A model generated the notes under the pieces. It saw only the letters and a list, made by a program, of their open reading frames with translations. It made no database searches and was not told where the DNA came from. Positions 16,862 to 17,056 of a DNA stretch of 17,056 nt are shown one piece after another. This DNA comes from a virus: the UHGV virus genome UHGV-1593167. One strand, written 5' to 3'. A program made the position numbers and the translations under genes. Position 1 is the first letter of the stretch, and every line of letters starts with the position of its first letter.

Positions 16862-17001
16862 AAGTTGCCCACTCAAAGCTACACGCAATGTAACACTAGT
16901 TCGCAGAGTGTTATGGTTTACATCCTTGAAAGCCTGCTGGATAAGGGTTTAGCGTAACAGAACGTTTTTACGCGGAATTGTTCGTAATATGCCAAATGAC
17001 A

Positions 17002-17020
17002 ATTTAAGAAAGTGTTCTGA
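17002..17020. repeat. Right copy of 19-bp direct repeat ATTTAAGAAAGTGTTCTGA; putative attachment-site core
   Basis: Identical to 37-55; about 190 bp outside the integrase gene start. Confidence 0.6.
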
Positions 17021-17056
17021 ATAGAGATTCAATATTTAAGGGCACGGTTTTTGCAA

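Larger units (their letters stand above)
37..17020. mobile_element. Integrated defective prophage / integrative element (Rac/e14-like organisation), about 17 kb
   Basis: Bounded by the 19-bp direct repeats; carries integrase, Xis/AlpA-like, recE/recT-like, tail/baseplate, tail-fibre and invertase genes but no head, terminase, sheath or tube genes. Confidence 0.6.

Noticed and set aside
16733-16957. 74-aa plus-strand ORF across the integrase start region
   Set aside because: Overlaps the integrase 5' end and leader repeats antisense; no SD; low-complexity translation.
1-17056. tRNA gene at the integration site, or any CRISPR array
   Set aside because: P4-type integrases often target tRNA 3' ends, but neither flank nor the 19-bp core shows tRNA-like acceptor or T-arm sequence, and no regularly spaced direct repeats with unique spacers occur anywhere in the window.

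Overview
The window appears to be almost entirely one integrated, defective prophage-like element of about 17 kb, bounded by a 19-bp direct repeat (37-55 and 17002-17020). All calls rest on reading the sequence and the ORF track by eye and on recalled protein families; no database search was possible. From right to left it carries a P4-type tyrosine integrase (minus strand) converging on an AlpA/Xis-like gene, then a plus-strand early operon (68-aa ORF, 53-aa zinc-ribbon ORF, full-length RecE-like exonuclease, RecT/Redbeta-family annealing protein, 80-aa ORF). An abrupt junction near 10.53-10.55 kb leads into a minus-strand tail remnant: a 5'-truncated tape-measure-like protein with a lytic transglycosylase domain, three tail/baseplate proteins, spike (gpV-like), gp46/W-like, baseplate J-like, gp48/I-like and a tail fibre. 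No head, terminase, sheath or tube genes are present. The left end holds a complete Gin/Hin/Pin-type inversion switch: a serine invertase, two 26-bp hix/gix-like crossover sites in inverted orientation, two convergent tail-fibre assembly genes and a silent alternative fibre C-terminal cassette. The most unusual part is an AT-rich two-gene insertion between the baseplate hub and spike genes (a DUF4236-like membrane protein and a small secreted protein) flanked by hairpin terminators; it is the best candidate for uncharacterised accessory or exclusion cargo, though its function cannot be read from sequence. Other points worth follow-up are a perfect 11-bp hairpin sequestering the invertase ribosome-binding site, three near-identical 25-nt repeats inside the recE-like gene, and a possible Kil-type small gene ahead of recE. 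No rRNA, tRNA or CRISPR array was seen.
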